Assembly: GCA_030265395.1 (NCBI GenBank)
Contig: JARFYF010000055.1
Span: 25,418,388 to 25,474,701 of the forward strand
Origin: Rhina ancylostomus
Lineage: Eukaryota
Direction: 5' to 3'
DNA length: 56,314 nt
Made by a program: the position numbers and the translations under genes
Notes under the pieces: generated by a model
What the model saw: only the letters and a program-made list of their open reading frames with translations
What the model was told of the DNA's origin: nothing
The model's database searches: none
Shown: positions 24,291 to 38,359 of the stretch, one piece after another
Numbering within the stretch: position 1 is the first letter of the stretch
How the letters are laid out: the number at the start of each line of letters is the position of its first letter

Positions 24291-25165
24291 GTACTGTGCA
24301 AATATATATTTTTAAAATTCAGTCTTGATTAAGGTTATTAAAAGATGAGTGGATGAGAATTTTGTGTTATTATTGGCCTCAGGTTCAAATCCAGACAGGA
24401 TAGGAGAAGAAATAAAGCACCTCCCCAAAATGGTTCTAAGGTACCTCATTCTAGCAATACGTATCTCTAATTCCACAACACTAAAACTGCTCATGAATTT
24501 CACTCTGTTTCTAAATGAGGATGATGCTCAAGGGAACAGAATAAACTATTTGTTCAAGGTTAGGGTTAAGTTGCTTTTTTTTTGGAAAGACCGTAGGAAA
24601 TTTTACTCCAGAACTGACAATCCGACAGCTGACCTGATCATAACTATTAGTGTAGAGGAAGCATTGCCCTGCATTTAACATGGATGTTGAATATCTCTCA
24701 AGTTTAACCCTGTAATTTGAAACTTTAATTAGATTACTGTTACAAAACTAGTTAGTCACACATCAATTATCCTCAGCAGAACCTATTAGCATCTTGATGA
24801 GATTACTGCTTTGAATTCTCTTTCAGATCCTTATTATTCTTTATAAACATATCATTACATGAGTCTCTATCAATATTTGTTCATGCCAACGCTCTCTGCA
24901 ACATCGATGATGAAGAACCAAAATTATCCAGAGAAGTCTTGCACCAAATTATCTGCAAAATCCATGCCTGGGACCTATCAGCTTGAATCTAAAAAAGTTA
25001 CTTTTAAGTGACACCAGAAAGACACACTTGCCGTTTCTTGCTGAACATATCTTCCAGAAGTTGGTTGGCCTTGAAATCGGCTCTACTCAGGGCCTTTCAA
25101 CAACCATCTTGGTCCTCACCAAGATGCTGACTTGTTTCTTTTTTCATTAAAAACCTTTTTATGAG

Positions 25166-25650
25166 GACATAAGAAATATAAGGAGTAGTAGGCCATTCAG
25201 TCTTTGTGGGTCTGCTCTGCCATGCAATTCACAGCTGATAAATTACCACTGCACTACTTCCCTGAAATATTCTCTTGACGTTTAGCAAAATAATCTGTCT
25301 ATCACCATCTTGAATACACTCAGCAACCAGGCCTCTGTGGTCCTCTTGGATAGAGAGTTCCAAAGATTCATTACCCTCTGGATGATGAAATTTCTCCTCA
25401 TGTCTGACCTGAATGCTTAACCTTATCTAGTGACTGTGACCCTGGTACCAGACACCCCAACCAGGAGCAAAAAGATCCTTGAATCTACCTTGACAAACTG
25501 CAGAAGAATTTTGTGCATTTTAATGACCATACCTCTCACTATTCTAGTTTCAAGAGAGTACAAACCCAGTCTGCTTAATATCTCTTCCAACAACCAGCCC
25601 ATGACCCTGAAATCAATTCAATGAACCTTTGCTGCACTCACTCAACCACA
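25166..25650 (-). mobile_element. CR1 3' fragment
   Basis: Tail gacataagaaat..ggagtagtaggccattcag followed by antisense ORF2 (gagagttccaaagattcattaccctctg...aaatttctcctca). Confidence 0.85.
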
Positions 25651-26729
25651 GGTATGTATCAACATCCTCAATTTCAAATGTTCATCAGCTCACTCACTGT
25701 GGGTGCAAGCTAATTAGAATCAGGCCCACATCAAAATCTGCCCCTACCTTTTCTTCATTTAAAATGAACACATTATTTTTCAGATGAACATTAGCTGATT
25801 TTTTTAAAAAATCCGTATTAAATGCTGATCTTCAACTCTCCTGGGATATTTGGAATGAACAGCTGAAGAAACAGACTTTTCAATTAGCTGATTCAGCTGA
25901 CCTTTACACATCAGGTAAAATGATTGAAACGGCAGTTTAATGTCCTTTTGTGCAGGTTACATTCCTTAATAAAGGGCAGATTGCAACTGCATTGGCTCAT
26001 ATGGATTCATTCTCCCTCGGCAGTATCTTCTTCTGACCCACTAGTGTTCTGCTTCTCTAGCTATCAATATTTTGTATAACTAAAATGGAAATTTTACAAA
26101 TATAATCTAATCTCCTCACATAGATTCATATGACCAGTAAATCATGTCACACACTTAATATGTTAAACTTGCATCATATTCATAAGTTGTTAGAATTTCA
26201 ACATTTAATTTTGTAAGTCAAGTCGATGGAGTTGACTGTACACAAACTTAACTCACTTTACCAGTATTTATCACTGACCACTGATGATGATGTGACTTAA
26301 TCTTGTTATGAAAACATAAATTTCAGATCCTTTCAATGGGTAAACCTTTTCACTTCCTCCATACCTCAAATGACTGGACTTTGCCTCTGTCTTGAGCTCA
26401 AAGTGCCCAGTGCTGTGGGACTATTTGCTCAATGACTGGTAATTGTTCAGATGCACTGCCCCACTGAAATTTGGATAAATCTTCTGCAATTCTGACCAAA
26501 CTGAAGGAGTCCTGCATGCCTTTGAATCATCAAACATAGGCTTAAGCTCAGGCTGTGGTCAGCAGGGGTACATGTAACTGTAACTTGAGGTAATAGTAAT
26601 TCCCTTTGGTGATCATGAACCACCCTGGGATATTCCATGAAGGTTGCAATGAAGATTCAAGTTGTTCTACAATTAATGGGTCTCTAAATGCACTTCCAAG
26701 AAAAAAGAGCTCAACATTGTGTGTCATAT

Positions 26730-26810
26730 AAGCATAGAAAATAGAAGCAGGAGTTGCCCATTTGAGACTGCCGCACCATTCGATATTACCATGGCCGATC
26801 TTGGCTAACA
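26730..26810 (-). mobile_element. Short CR1 tail
   Basis: catagaaaatagaagcaggagttgcccatttg...ccgcaccattcgata...catggccgatct. Confidence 0.65.
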
Positions 26811-27960
26811 GAATAGAAAGTATGTCCTTCCATGTACTACCAATCTGCTACCAAACACTGAGCCAAACACTTTTCTAGAGATGGGGAATAGGCTAGAGGA
26901 GGACGAAGTAAGAAAAAGAGAAAAATAAAATATTTATGCACAACCGATTACATAACACCATTGGCAGAACTTTTGAAACTACATCTGGCTATTCTCTGAA
27001 ACAGCGAATATGTGATAAGGAATGTGAAGCAAAAGATGTCTAAAGAACATGTGCAGGACATTTGAGGAGAGGAGAGAGCACAAAATACACAACTGACAGC
27101 TGCACTTTATCATTGGGCCATATTTGCTGGATTCACCTTAATATGCAAAGACTTCAAGTATTTTTGGTTCTACCTAGAGACGAGAGAGTAATTAAAGCCC
27201 NNNNNNNNNNNNNNNNNNNNNNNNNNNNNNNNNNNNNNNNNNNNNNNNNNNNNNNNNNNNNNNNNNNNNNNNNNNNNNNNNNNNNNNNNNNNNNNNNNNN
27301 CTACTGTGATTCTATAATGAGCCAAGAATAAAATAATAAACCAATCTAATAAGCTTCATTGACACCTAATTATAGTCCTATTTCATTATAGGTGTGACAA
27401 TGTAGGATGTCTTAATCAAAATAAATTATTTTTTTAAGTACTGCAGAGCTCATACTAACCGGGAAGCTCAATCATCCTCAAGGATCTCATGAAAGAAAGT
27501 ATCATTTACAGTGAAGTAAAAATTCAGAAACATGATAGTTAAAATCCAGAATTTAAACAATAATGACTATGATTAGCTTAATGCCCTTATAGTTTTAAGC
27601 ACTTTACTCTGCAGTTGTCACCAATTGGGTTTTGGACTGGGCAGAATGTGGTTCAAAATCAAGATGTAACTACAGGTGGGTGGTGAACAAGCCACACCCT
27701 CATAACTCAAGGTGCACAGATAATTCAAGTATTTTTAAGTCCGGCTTAAATTAAGTATTGTGGGGAAATTTCAAGCATGGAGAAACTGTGACTGGGAAGC
27801 TGCACGCCTCCTACTGAGAATTTACATAATGGGGCAAATGCATTGATTTCTCCCATATGTTACAAAGCTGGAGTTTGCAGACAAAAAGTCAATAATAAAT
27901 ATAGTTGTTCTAAAGACCATGTATTGTTAGTTTTGAACATTAATTGTTTTTTTTAATGAC

Positions 27961-30900
27961 TGTCACCCGTTTACAGATTGTGTCATGTGACTAACTACTG
28001 TCTTCATTGCAAAATGTTTTGGAGTAAGTTTGGTTGAGGCAGTCAGTAATGAGCTCTTGAATAAATACAGAGACTCTGTTTGTGCTCTGCATGTTTTCTG
28101 CAGTTGGACTTTGTTAGAGGTTAATAACAGAAGGAGTAAGAGTTGTTCACAAGGGCGATGAGGATAGCGGAGAATCACAGCCATTAAAAGTGACAAAGTT
28201 GTTGAAGGTGACAAGTGGCTACGTGATTATTGGTTGGGTGAATCTGTGAAGCTCACGGTTAATTGATGAAAGAAAAGAAAGGCAGCACAGGGAAAATTGA
28301 CTGCAGATAACAAGTCAAGCCCAATAAGCGTCAACATGGAAGACAATACAAAATGGCAGGCTAGTCATTGGCCAGTAGTAGCAGAAACCTTAGTCATTGC
28401 AAAAAGGCTCATCAAGTGAAAGAATGAATTTTTTTTGGGGGGGGGGGAGGAGATTAGTAAAATTATTGAAATAGATGGTGTGGGAGAAGATACTCAGAAT
28501 GGGCCAAATACAAACGCAAGAAGGCAACATTGTTGGTAGAAATAGGGCCAGATGCTTATACAACACTGGCAAACTCGTATGTCAACGGATGTTCCATTTA
28601 ACAAAGTAATAGAGAAGTTATAACACCATTTCAATCCAGTGCCACTGGATTGCAGAACGTTATATGTTTGGAACCCAGAACCAGAGTCAAAATAAAAGGT
28701 AAATGTCTACACGGCGGCTCTTAAAGATTTTCATGGCATTGTAATTTCAGTGTGTTTCTTGACTGCATATTGAGCATATCTTGTCAAAGTTACATGCTTG
28801 AGGCTGAAGATTTAACATTAGATCATGCATACTAGAGAACAATATTCACGGAAATAACCTTAAAAATTGTGAAGGCTGTTTACATAAGCATATATTGGCA
28901 GGAATGATGGCAAGAGTTCCAACATCGTCTAATTTGCATGAATCAGCCTGGTACAGAGAGTGGGTCTGGTGGGAAACTATAATGTTATTGCTCTGGGAAT
29001 CACAATGTACAGGTATATCAGATCAAAGCTGCCAATGCTTTAACTACAGTAAGCAAGGGCACATNNNNNNNNNNNNNNNNNNNNNNNNNNNNNNNNNNNN
29101 NNNNNNNATCCACAATGTCATTGCAGACAGCTACAGTAAAACAAAATGCAAAAGGAAAGTTTACACAATATTAAGGCAGATGAATTATCCCATTTGTGAT
29201 GGTAAGAAAGAAAACAAGGCATTTCAAAATTAGACTAAGAAAAATAATCAAGACATCAACATGATAGTTCACCGCAGATTGTTCCACAATGGGAGGGTAC
29301 ATAAGTACAATAAGTTCCATATGCCACAAGCACGTTAAACTTGAGATCATATTCCAATGAGGAAAAATGGAAGGTGTGTTTTTTCATAATGGGCAAAGAA
29401 AAAGGCTCCATATTCTCATAACTTATTATGTCAATGGCTAACTCTGCTAGGAAGAGACTGAATGAAAGAGTTAAGAATGGATTAGAAAAGTATATTCAAT
29501 GACAATACATCACATCATGGGCAAGTTTCTAGAATAATATGAAGAGATGTTTAACGATTCATACACATGTTGAATAGAAGAAAACAAAGCTCATTTAGAT
29601 ATAACATTCAATGTGAAGCCAATGCCTTTAAACCAGATCAGTATCCAATTCAGGTAGAAGAGCCAACAAATTTGAGTAGCATGTAATATCGTTGAAAGTG
29701 GTACAGAGTGATTGGCTGACATTCATTGTGGAGGTAGCTTCCAAATTTTCTCTGGCTTTATGGAGATTATAAAGTGACCCTTGATAGAGTGGAAATGATA
29801 AGCAATTCCTTTGCCATATCTCAAGACTTATAGACCCAGTTGACAGAAGCAAAATTCTTCACCAATCTGGATCTGTCTCGCACTTATGATCAGCTTAAGT
29901 GTTGCACCTCCAGGTGAAGCAGCGATCACCTCCTCCAAACCAGACTATTGCATTTGGTGCTCATGATGTGGCCTCCTCTGTGTCATCGAGACCAAGTGTA
30001 GATGAGGCAACTGTTTTGCAGAGCACCTGCACTCTTTGCACAATGGCCATCTTGAGTTAACAGCTGCATGTCATTTCAATTCCCCTTCCCATTCCCACAC
30101 CAACATATCCATCCTCTGCCTTCTCCACTACGCTGGTGAGGCCAAACACAAACCAGAAGAACAACACCTCATATTCTTTTCATGTTGCTTATAACCCAAC
30201 AGTATGAACATTGAATTTTACAGTTTCAGGTAACCCACACTCCCTGTGTTTCTTTCCCACTCCCATCAGTTCCCCCAGGTTCTATCTCCCTTTGTTTACC
30301 TTTTCCATCCTCCCCCTTTCTTCCCCTCCTGGCTCCATCTGCCTCTCATTTCCCCCCTCTGCCCGCACCCCACTCTTCAGTTCTGCCTCTCACTTACCAG
30401 CTCCTATCTCACTCCTCCTCAAGAATTATATATATGTTGACCATCTCTTCCACCTCCCCCACACCTGATGCAGAATCTCAACCTTAAAATTTGACAGAAC
30501 CCTTTAGCCTCTACGGATGCGGCTTGACCCACTGAAATCTTCCAGCACTTTGTTTCTTTTTGCTCCAGATTCCAGCATAAGGAATTGCACTTTTACACCA
30601 AGCTACTGCATGGGGTAAAATCATCTGAAAACAGTGGAGAAGATTCTGCAGGAGATCCAGCAATTTTGGCGCTATCAGGATAATTTAATTGCAGTGCAGG
30701 AAGAAAACCTGAAAGTGCTTGAAGAAGTTTCAGAAAATAGCATCAATGTGAAGCTTAACAAGAGTAAATATGTTTTCACACAAAAGAATGTAATTAAATT
30801 TGGATATAGTGCAGACAAAAATGGACTACAGGCACTTAGAGGAAAAGATGAAGCCATCATCAGAGCACAAAAATGGTTCTTGGTTCTGCATCACGATCCA

Positions 30901-31092
30901 AAACTGCACTACATTCCAATCGACCATGCCAGAGAGGTGATACCAACACTCCAACTATTAAAGTAAAACAACCTGAAGCACAGGAGTGGACCAGCATAAA
31001 AGCAAAAAAGCCCTTGGCAGTGAGTCAATTTGTTGCATTACCTCATAGCCAATTGCTCAAGTCTGCTTACAATGTTTCTAACTGGGGAAGCA
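27961..31092 (+). mobile_element. Decayed Gypsy (Ty3) LTR retrotransposon: possible 5' LTR, gag, RT and start of RNase H
   Basis: gag: IGPDAYTTLAN, HFNPVP..AERY.FG, knuckle CFNYSKQGH. RT: YGDYKVT, KFFTNLDLSRTYDQL, HKELHFYTKLLHGV, and YQDN (degenerate YLDD) in ORF 30634..30966. The LTR (27961 TGTCA to 28336 CA, then TGG) is tentative. Confidence 0.8.
29900..30575 (+). mobile_element. Penelope-like element (GIY-YIG endonuclease remnant plus pLTR) inserted in the Gypsy RT
   Basis: YCIWCS.CGLLCVIETK..FAEHL..HFNSPSHSH..EEQHLIF..PNSMNIEF, then a pyrimidine-rich UTR and the pLTR core at 30465-30575. Confidence 0.9.
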
Positions 31093-31819
31093 ATTAGATG
31101 ACTGTTGTGACCCTCTTTAAAAAGAGGCTTTGAGGGCCAAGGTGGCAGCAGTCTAAGCTTGTATGTCAACAAGTTGAGCTTGCATGTCACCACGTGAGCT
31201 GTCATTGTTGCACCCAGGCTTTCAGTGGCTTCGGCTGTGCTGCAATAGAATNNNNNNNNNNCTGCAACACTGGCCATCGGACACTGCAAGATGGGGATGC
31301 AAATGTTGCAATGGTGATTGTCATTGCTTTCATGCTGGAAGGAATGGTTGCCAGTCTCTGTGAAATGCGTATCTCCCCTTTACGGTACAGCAGGACTTCA
31401 GTCAATGCCAGCTGACTTCAGCTAGTGCCGACTGCTCACAGAATTGCATCCTGTGGCTATGCATAAGGCAATCAGCAGCATTAGTACTAACAGGCTCAGA
31501 AATCATCATGATGTGGATTGTATGTCTCATGTTCCCACACCAAAGCAAATTGGTGGGTGTTAATTGTGCCTTATATTCCCAATGCACAATTTTAACCACA
31601 GTCAAATTTCTCCCCCTTGGTTTATTTTTGCTCTTATTAAGGCTCGTGCTCTGTTCTGGTAATTGTACCTTTCAGGTGTCATTATAAGCAAACATCAGCT
31701 TTTTGATTTTTTTTATTGTAAACTGAAATTCACTAATGAGTGCCTCAGAGATATCATTAGGTCAAAAACAAATGAACTTCAAATATTTTCTTCATACATT
31801 TTAGATAAGAAAAGAACAT

Positions 31820-32140
31820 GGTCCCTGCAGTCTCCTCCAGCCCTAACAACCCTGATACTGCTGCACTCCAATAGTTTGAGCCTCTTGAGCATCTTTGATT
31901 TTAGTCACTTCACCACCGACAGTGATGCCTTCAAATATCAAGGCCATAAGCTCTGGATTCCCCTCCCAAAATATCTCCATTTCTATCTCTTTCTCTCCAT
32001 CATTAAGATGTTCCTTGAAAACTAATGGTTACCTGCAAAAATGTTTCCTTATGTGGCTTTGTATCAGGTTTTGCATTATTACATTCCCATGAAGCATCAC
32101 AGTCAATTTACTACATTAAACATACTAGACAAATATATTG
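31820..32140 (+). mobile_element. L2 LINE 3' end
   Basis: AFKYQGHKLWIPLP (L2 pattern AFS..AP.LWNSLP) and the tail tactacattaaacatactagacaaat. Confidence 0.7.
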
Positions 32141-32369
32141 TGATTTTTGACTATTCTTGTTGATATAAAAATCTGTTGGGAATAATCATCTGAAATATTT
32201 GGCTAAACAGGTTTATATCTTGTTCATAAATAGATTACAATTGTATTTGGAAGCTACTTAAATGCTAGAATCATTTAGAATTTCTTCCTCTACAACATTA
32301 GTTACAATTTTTATTTCACGATTTATGTTTTTCTAATATTTTCCTATCTATATTCATAGCACTTTCTGA

Positions 32370-32640
32370 ATCCTGGTAAGCATTATCACTCCATTCGGAT
32401 GTACTTCTCGAGAACCTACTTTGCACCATCTCCGGTCTTCTTTATGATAAGAAGAGTGTTCTTAACACTCCAGGTGTAAGTTTAAAGAAGTTTCCATGTA
32501 AGTTTAACATATATGCTTTCAATTTTATTTCTCCAGAAATTAATCCAAATGGTTAGTTTGCCTTTTCTTTTAATGGACATTAACTTGTGTCATTAGTTCT
32601 ACTGATGTGTATGCCCCAAGATTCCTCTTTTCCACTTAAG
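32370..32640 (-). mobile_element. Old CR1 ORF2 fragment
   Basis: actccaggtgt...atgtaagtttaacat...ccccaagattcctc is antisense to the CR1 'LGV...LY..PHLE' region. Confidence 0.5.
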
Positions 32641-32824
32641 AGTTGCATTTTAAGTCTTTTATTCCTAATATTAAATTTAATTTGCTAATTGAGAGTCCAT
32701 TTCTCAACTTTATTATTAATGCATTTAAATTGTACTCCTTGAAACTTCCAACAAACATGCTGGCTGCCTTTTCTGGTGAACATATACAAATTTGACCAAT
32801 TGTAGAAGAGCCTTGAAGTTCTTA

Positions 32825-33710
32825 CAGCACATTGACCACTACTTATCCTCAACCAACCCATAAATCACATCATCTGGATACATATTTATATCTGGTTGTA
32901 GGATGCTGAAATGTTTAAATTGATTACTGCAGTCCTAACAATATTATAGCAACTCCACTGACTTTCTATCACCAATAGCCTGTCCTGGTCCAATTATGTT
33001 GACGCCACAGCCAAGAAAGCTCACCAGTGCCTCTATTTCCTCATGACACCAAAGAAATTTGGCCTGTCCCCTTTGACACTCACCAATTTTTATCGATGCA
33101 CCATGGAAAGCATCCTATCTGGATGCAGCACAGCTTGGTGTGGCGACTGTTCTGCCCGTGACTGCAAGGAACTGTAGAGAGTTGTGGACAGAGCCCAGCA
33201 CATCACAGAAACCAGCCTCCCCTCCATGGACTCTGACTCTGTCTATACTTCTTACTGCCTCGGTAAAGCAGCTGGAATAATTAAAGACACCACCCACCCA
33301 GGATATTCTTTCTTTTATCCTCTCCCATTGGGCAGAAGTTACAAAAGCCTGAAAGCATGTACCACAAGGATCAAGGACAACTTCTATCCCACTATTATAA
33401 GACTACTGAATGGTTCCCTAGTACGTTGAGGTGGACTCTTGACCTCACAATCTACTTCGTTATGACCCTGTACCTTATTGTCTACCTGCACTGCATTTTC
33501 TCTGCAACTGTAACACTTCATTCTGCGCGCTGTTATTGTTTTGTACTATCTCAATGCACTGTTGTATTGATCTGTGTGAACAGTATGTAAGACAAGCTTT
33601 TCACTGTACCTCAGTACATGTGACAATAATAAACCAATTTACCAATTTTAAATGCTTTGAGACATTCCACTGAGATTGTGTAAACTAAGATGTGAATGGA
33701 AGTCTTTCTC
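32825..33710 (+). mobile_element. Deu-domain SINE 3' part (32825-32966 and 33650-33710) split by a Rex1 insertion
   Basis: ttatcctcaaccaac...ttgtaggatgctg... resumes after the Rex1 tail as aaatgctttgagacattcc...gaatggaagtctttc. Confidence 0.5.
32970..33648 (+). mobile_element. Rex1/Babar LINE 3' portion
   Basis: LSWSNYVDATAKKAHQCLYFL..FYRCTMESILSGCSTAW..IIKDTTHPGYSFFYPLPLGRSY..TTRIKDNFYP, then 3' UTR and a (ccaattta)n tail. Confidence 0.92.
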
Positions 33711-34007
33711 TCTGTTCATATTTCTTAATCTTCATGGATTTTATACCAATGCCATAATCACCATTATTAATATTTCATAACCTTTGGTATCACCCTCTCC
33801 CCACAACCACTGAAAATGCCTCTTTACTGTATGGGTTTTAGACTTCCACAATTTCTCACTTCGCAAACAGCTGCCTCAAGTACTTTGGAGAATCAACAAA
33901 AAGCATCAAACGTTGCACAACAAATTATCAGTATGGATTAACTATAACTTTTTGAAAGGTATTTGATCTACTTTTTTCTCTGTATCATATATCGAATTAA
34001 TATAAAG

Positions 34008-34150
34008 TCATAAGACCACAAGACATAGGAATAGAAATAGGCTATTCGGCCCATTGAGTCTGCTACGCCATTTGATCATGGCTGATTTTGTTTCCCTCTC
34101 AATCCTATTCTCCTGCCTTCTCCCCATAACCTTTGATGCCCTCACTAATT
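34008..34150 (-). mobile_element. CR1 3' tail
   Basis: Close match to the start of the copy at 3786 (agaccacaagacatagga...ttcggcccattgagtctgct). Confidence 0.85.
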
Positions 34151-35974
34151 AATTTGCACATAGCTCAGAACCTGTGCAGTCTGCCTATCTGTTTTGATTC
34201 TGTTCCTTGCTGCAAGTAGCAGAAATCAGGAGCTGTCAACTAAATCAAAAATCTGACACTGCCCTAATAAGTGGTAATTTCATTATTATTTCACAGTGTG
34301 AAGACAATACAGTGTGAGCATACGAGATGATAAACCATGCACTCTGAAGGGAGAGTTGATTTATAATGTGATAGGATGGTGCCATATGACATCAACTAAA
34401 AATGTCACTCAACTGTCTCAAATTAATTACAGCGACAAGAGACTGCATCCCAAATGATAGTGGAAACTTAATCAGTAAGATGTAAATGATTAAAATTCAA
34501 AGTGAATTATCTTGATTAATGTCATTTAAACCGTGTCACCATTTAAAGATGGAAACAGTCATACTAGAAAGAATGAATAACTTACTTGTCTGTTATTGTT
34601 AATTTACAAATTAAAATTTCATTTACATGGGAATAGTGGAGGAGGGACGTCTTGGTCATGGATTGAAGTGATATTGAATGGATAGCAGGTATTATTGGAG
34701 AGAGCAACTATCCTATTACAAATGGATTCAAATTCACATGGAAGTTTATGTATATGGAGCAATGCATACCAGAGAATGAATTTTAACCCTAAATGGCTTT
34801 TGGTCAGACCAATGTCATCTGTATGCTACCAGTCTATAAAGTGGCAAATGGCAGCCAGATGATAGCAGACGCCAAAAAGAACAATGGATTGGAAAGGATC
34901 TTACAAGAGCAAAAGAGGAAAGAGGTAAATGATACCTGAGGTAGGGGAAGCTACAATTTACTGCTTACATGGGTGAGTGTATACCTCTACTTGACAAGCA
35001 GTCAAACATCTGTCTGCCCTTGCTTAATGCTAATGACCTGATAATTTTAATGAAAAAAGGATCAAATCTTTGGAGAATGTAATGAAGTTAAATATGCAAG
35101 CTCAAATACTCTACACAGTATCTTCAGAATTTGAAGGAACCTCAATCTATTCACTAATTTGTCTGTCTTGGTAGTTTGTGCCGGCATGATCTCTCAGTGC
35201 AGAGGCTGATCACCAGCACATCTCAAGTCCTTCATATGCAATAACATTTACACAAAAGGATTAAATGACTGCTGGGTAATTACTACAGATTTAATGAAGA
35301 ATAATCTGCTATTGATTACATGTCCAATATCCATTATTAATTCTCTGTTAATGTATTCACATCCAGGCAAGAGATCCACCGCACCTGTGAACTTTCTACA
35401 CACTTAGATTAAGCAGATTGCTTTTAAGAAGAAAATCTAATTTACTGGAGTACATTCTTCTACAAACTGAGATGAATATCAGGAGTCAACTACCTTTTCC
35501 ACAGATCATCAAGATCATTGTTGCATCAGAGAACAGTTAGAGATACCATTTTCACAGTGAGTGTGCTGTTCTTGCGTTTTTCAATTTCCTATCCTTTCAT
35601 AGGGTCTTAATTCACAAGATCTAGCATACTTGACTGGCTAAGAAATGTCCTGGATGATTGTTTTTAAAATATGGGTATAATAAGTCTCTTGGATAAAATA
35701 AAATGTAAATGAATTAAAGGTAATCACTGGTTTTGTATTCACCTGCCATTTGTATCTCGCTTCAGAATAATCGATAAAAAAGTGTGGAGATGGTGGGTGA
35801 ATAGTTTGTTTGGATGCCGTGTGAATCTGCAATTCTGAGACACAGATACGACATTCATGAATTGGCCTGATTTGAAATTGCCAACGGCATAGTTTGAAAT
35901 AGCTAATACTTATGCTTTTACACTGCATGCTTTTTTTTCTAATCTAAAAAAAAGTCTACTTTTACAGTTGGATT

Positions 35975-36518
35975 TAGAACATAGAACATTGAGCATTACA
36001 GCACAGTACAGGCCCTTCAGCCCACGATATTTTGCCAACCTTTTAATCTATTCTAAGATCTATCTAACCATTCTCTCCCACGTACCCTTCCATGTTTCTG
36101 TCATCCATGTGCCAATCTAAGAGCCTCTTATATGTCCCTAATGTATCTGCCTCTACCAGCACCCCGGCAGTGTGCTCCATGCACCCACCACTCTCTGTGC
36201 AAAAAAAACCCACCTCATACCCCCCCAGTACTTTCTTCCCATCACCTTAAAATTATGACCCCTCATGTTAGCCATTTCCACCCTGGGAATAAGTCTCTGG
36301 CTGATCAGTTGATCTGTGCCTCTTATCATCTTGTACACCTCTGTCTAGATGCCTCTCATCCTCTTTTGCTCCAAAGAGAAAAACCCTAGCTCCCTCAACC
36401 TGTCCTCATAAGACATGCTCTCCAATCCAGGCAGCATCCTAGTAAATCTCCTCTGCACCCCTTTCTAAAGCTTCCACATCCTTCATATAGTGAGGTGACC
36501 AGAACTGAACACAATATT
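35975..36518 (-). mobile_element. CR1 3' fragment, runs into gap
   Basis: YCVQFWSPHYMKDVEALER and YKMIRG.D...RGHNFKV...FFAQRVVGAWSTLP. Confidence 0.92.
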
Positions 36519-38359
36519 NNNNNNNNNNNNNNNNNNNNNNNNNNNNNNNNNNNNNNNNNNNNNNNNNNNNNNNNNNNNNNNNNNNNNNNNNNNNNNNNNN
36601 NNNNNNNNNNNNNNNNNNNNNNNNNNNNNNNNNNNNNNNNNNNNNNNNNNNNNNNNNNNNNNNNNNNNNNNNNNNNNNNNNNNNNNNNNNNNNNNNNNNN
36701 NNNNNNNNNNNNNNNNNNNNNNNNNNNNNNNNNNNNNNNNNNNNNNNNNNNNNNNNNCTGAATGGCATGCCAGTTCAGCAAGTCTGTGAAGAGTAAATTA
36801 TGGAATCAGACATATGTTCGACCATTCCATATTGTGAACTCTTCATTTCCACAAATACAATTGTGTATTAAAATATAGCATGCAACTTTCTCAGGAAAAT
36901 AGTAATCCAGAATGACAGCCAATTATAACCATGAACAATCTAATGATACCATGACCATTAGTTGAAAACCCAAGTAACTTAAATTGCCAGCGCCCCTGAG
37001 ATTGGATATTCATTTACTGTTGCTTGTTGCCTATGTACCTTTAAGTAATATGTACAACACTTATATTTTCAGGTAGTTGGTGCAGTTGATTGGTCAAGCT
37101 ATCAGATTGCCAATGAGAAGTAAGATTAGAAATCCATTACAGGATTTATGTTGGGCTTCAATTCTGCAGTGAACAGTCAATGTTTGTCAAAGTCAGCTTT
37201 AGAAATGACAGTCTTCTGCATCCATGAAGAGTGACTACCACACAACATCAATTCTTTTGAAAACACCACTGAATATTATTTGGTCCTAATACCACTGCAA
37301 AATCATCACACACAGGCATTGTGCCTACTTTGGGGACTTCAAAAATAACATACTCAGTGTATTTAGAGATTGGAATTTTCAGAAGTCTCTCACTTCCCAT
37401 CTGTTAAAACAAATGGGAAGAACAACTGTGGAGCACATGTGGAAAATCCAACTCAGTACATACCTCTAATAAACAACATGGACCCTTCATTCCAAAACAA
37501 CAGCTCTAACTTTAGTCATAACACGTCAATATAAAGGGAGCAAAATAAGGATCTGAGAATGGGGCAGGTACCTTTTTTCACAATACTGTGGCATGCTGCT
37601 GTTGAACAAATTTTGCCATTGATGCTGAAAGAATCCATAATTCCCATCATTCAGAACAACACAGGAAGTGGAAATGGTTCTCATCTAGATAGAATTTTGT
37701 AGTACACAGGGCCACAATCTCTTAAAGCAGCGCAAAAATAACCTAAGCCTTTAACGATGCATATCTTTTCAACTCTGGAGTTTTATTTTAATTGATACTT
37801 TCCCTCTCATGTTGGCAACGTGCAGACAGATGGAGAGTTGATGAGTCATGGAGGAATTTCATCAGGAAAAGAAATTCTTCAAAAGATTTATAGAGTACTT
37901 CTAAACTTGGGTTAATATTTGTTCCTGCAACAGAATGAGGAACATTAATTTAGGTAAGATTTTAATATACATATTGCCCCATAATTTAGAACATATTTTT
38001 TGTTCTCAAATCATAACTCCAGTCCTCCATAGTCTATCAAACTCTTTTCCCACGTGGGGCAAAGAGGAAGGAGTATGTTCTGATTTGGCACAACACAAAT
38101 TCTTGGCTATCTGTTTTATTATTGTCAATATGAAACTGTAAAGTAAGAACTGAAAAAAGAATCAAAATCAGGAATCTCCCTTTATTCTATTTCATTTTAT
38201 TTGATTTCCTCATCCATACTTGCCTTCTGAAATGCATAAAAAGTGATGCTTGCAGTCCAGGATTTATAGTCCAGGAGTAAAGGCTATTTCCTCCAGTAGT
38301 TGGCGCTTGCTGTGTGCAATTTGGCTGATTCATTATTGACTTTGCAACAGAATGTTATA

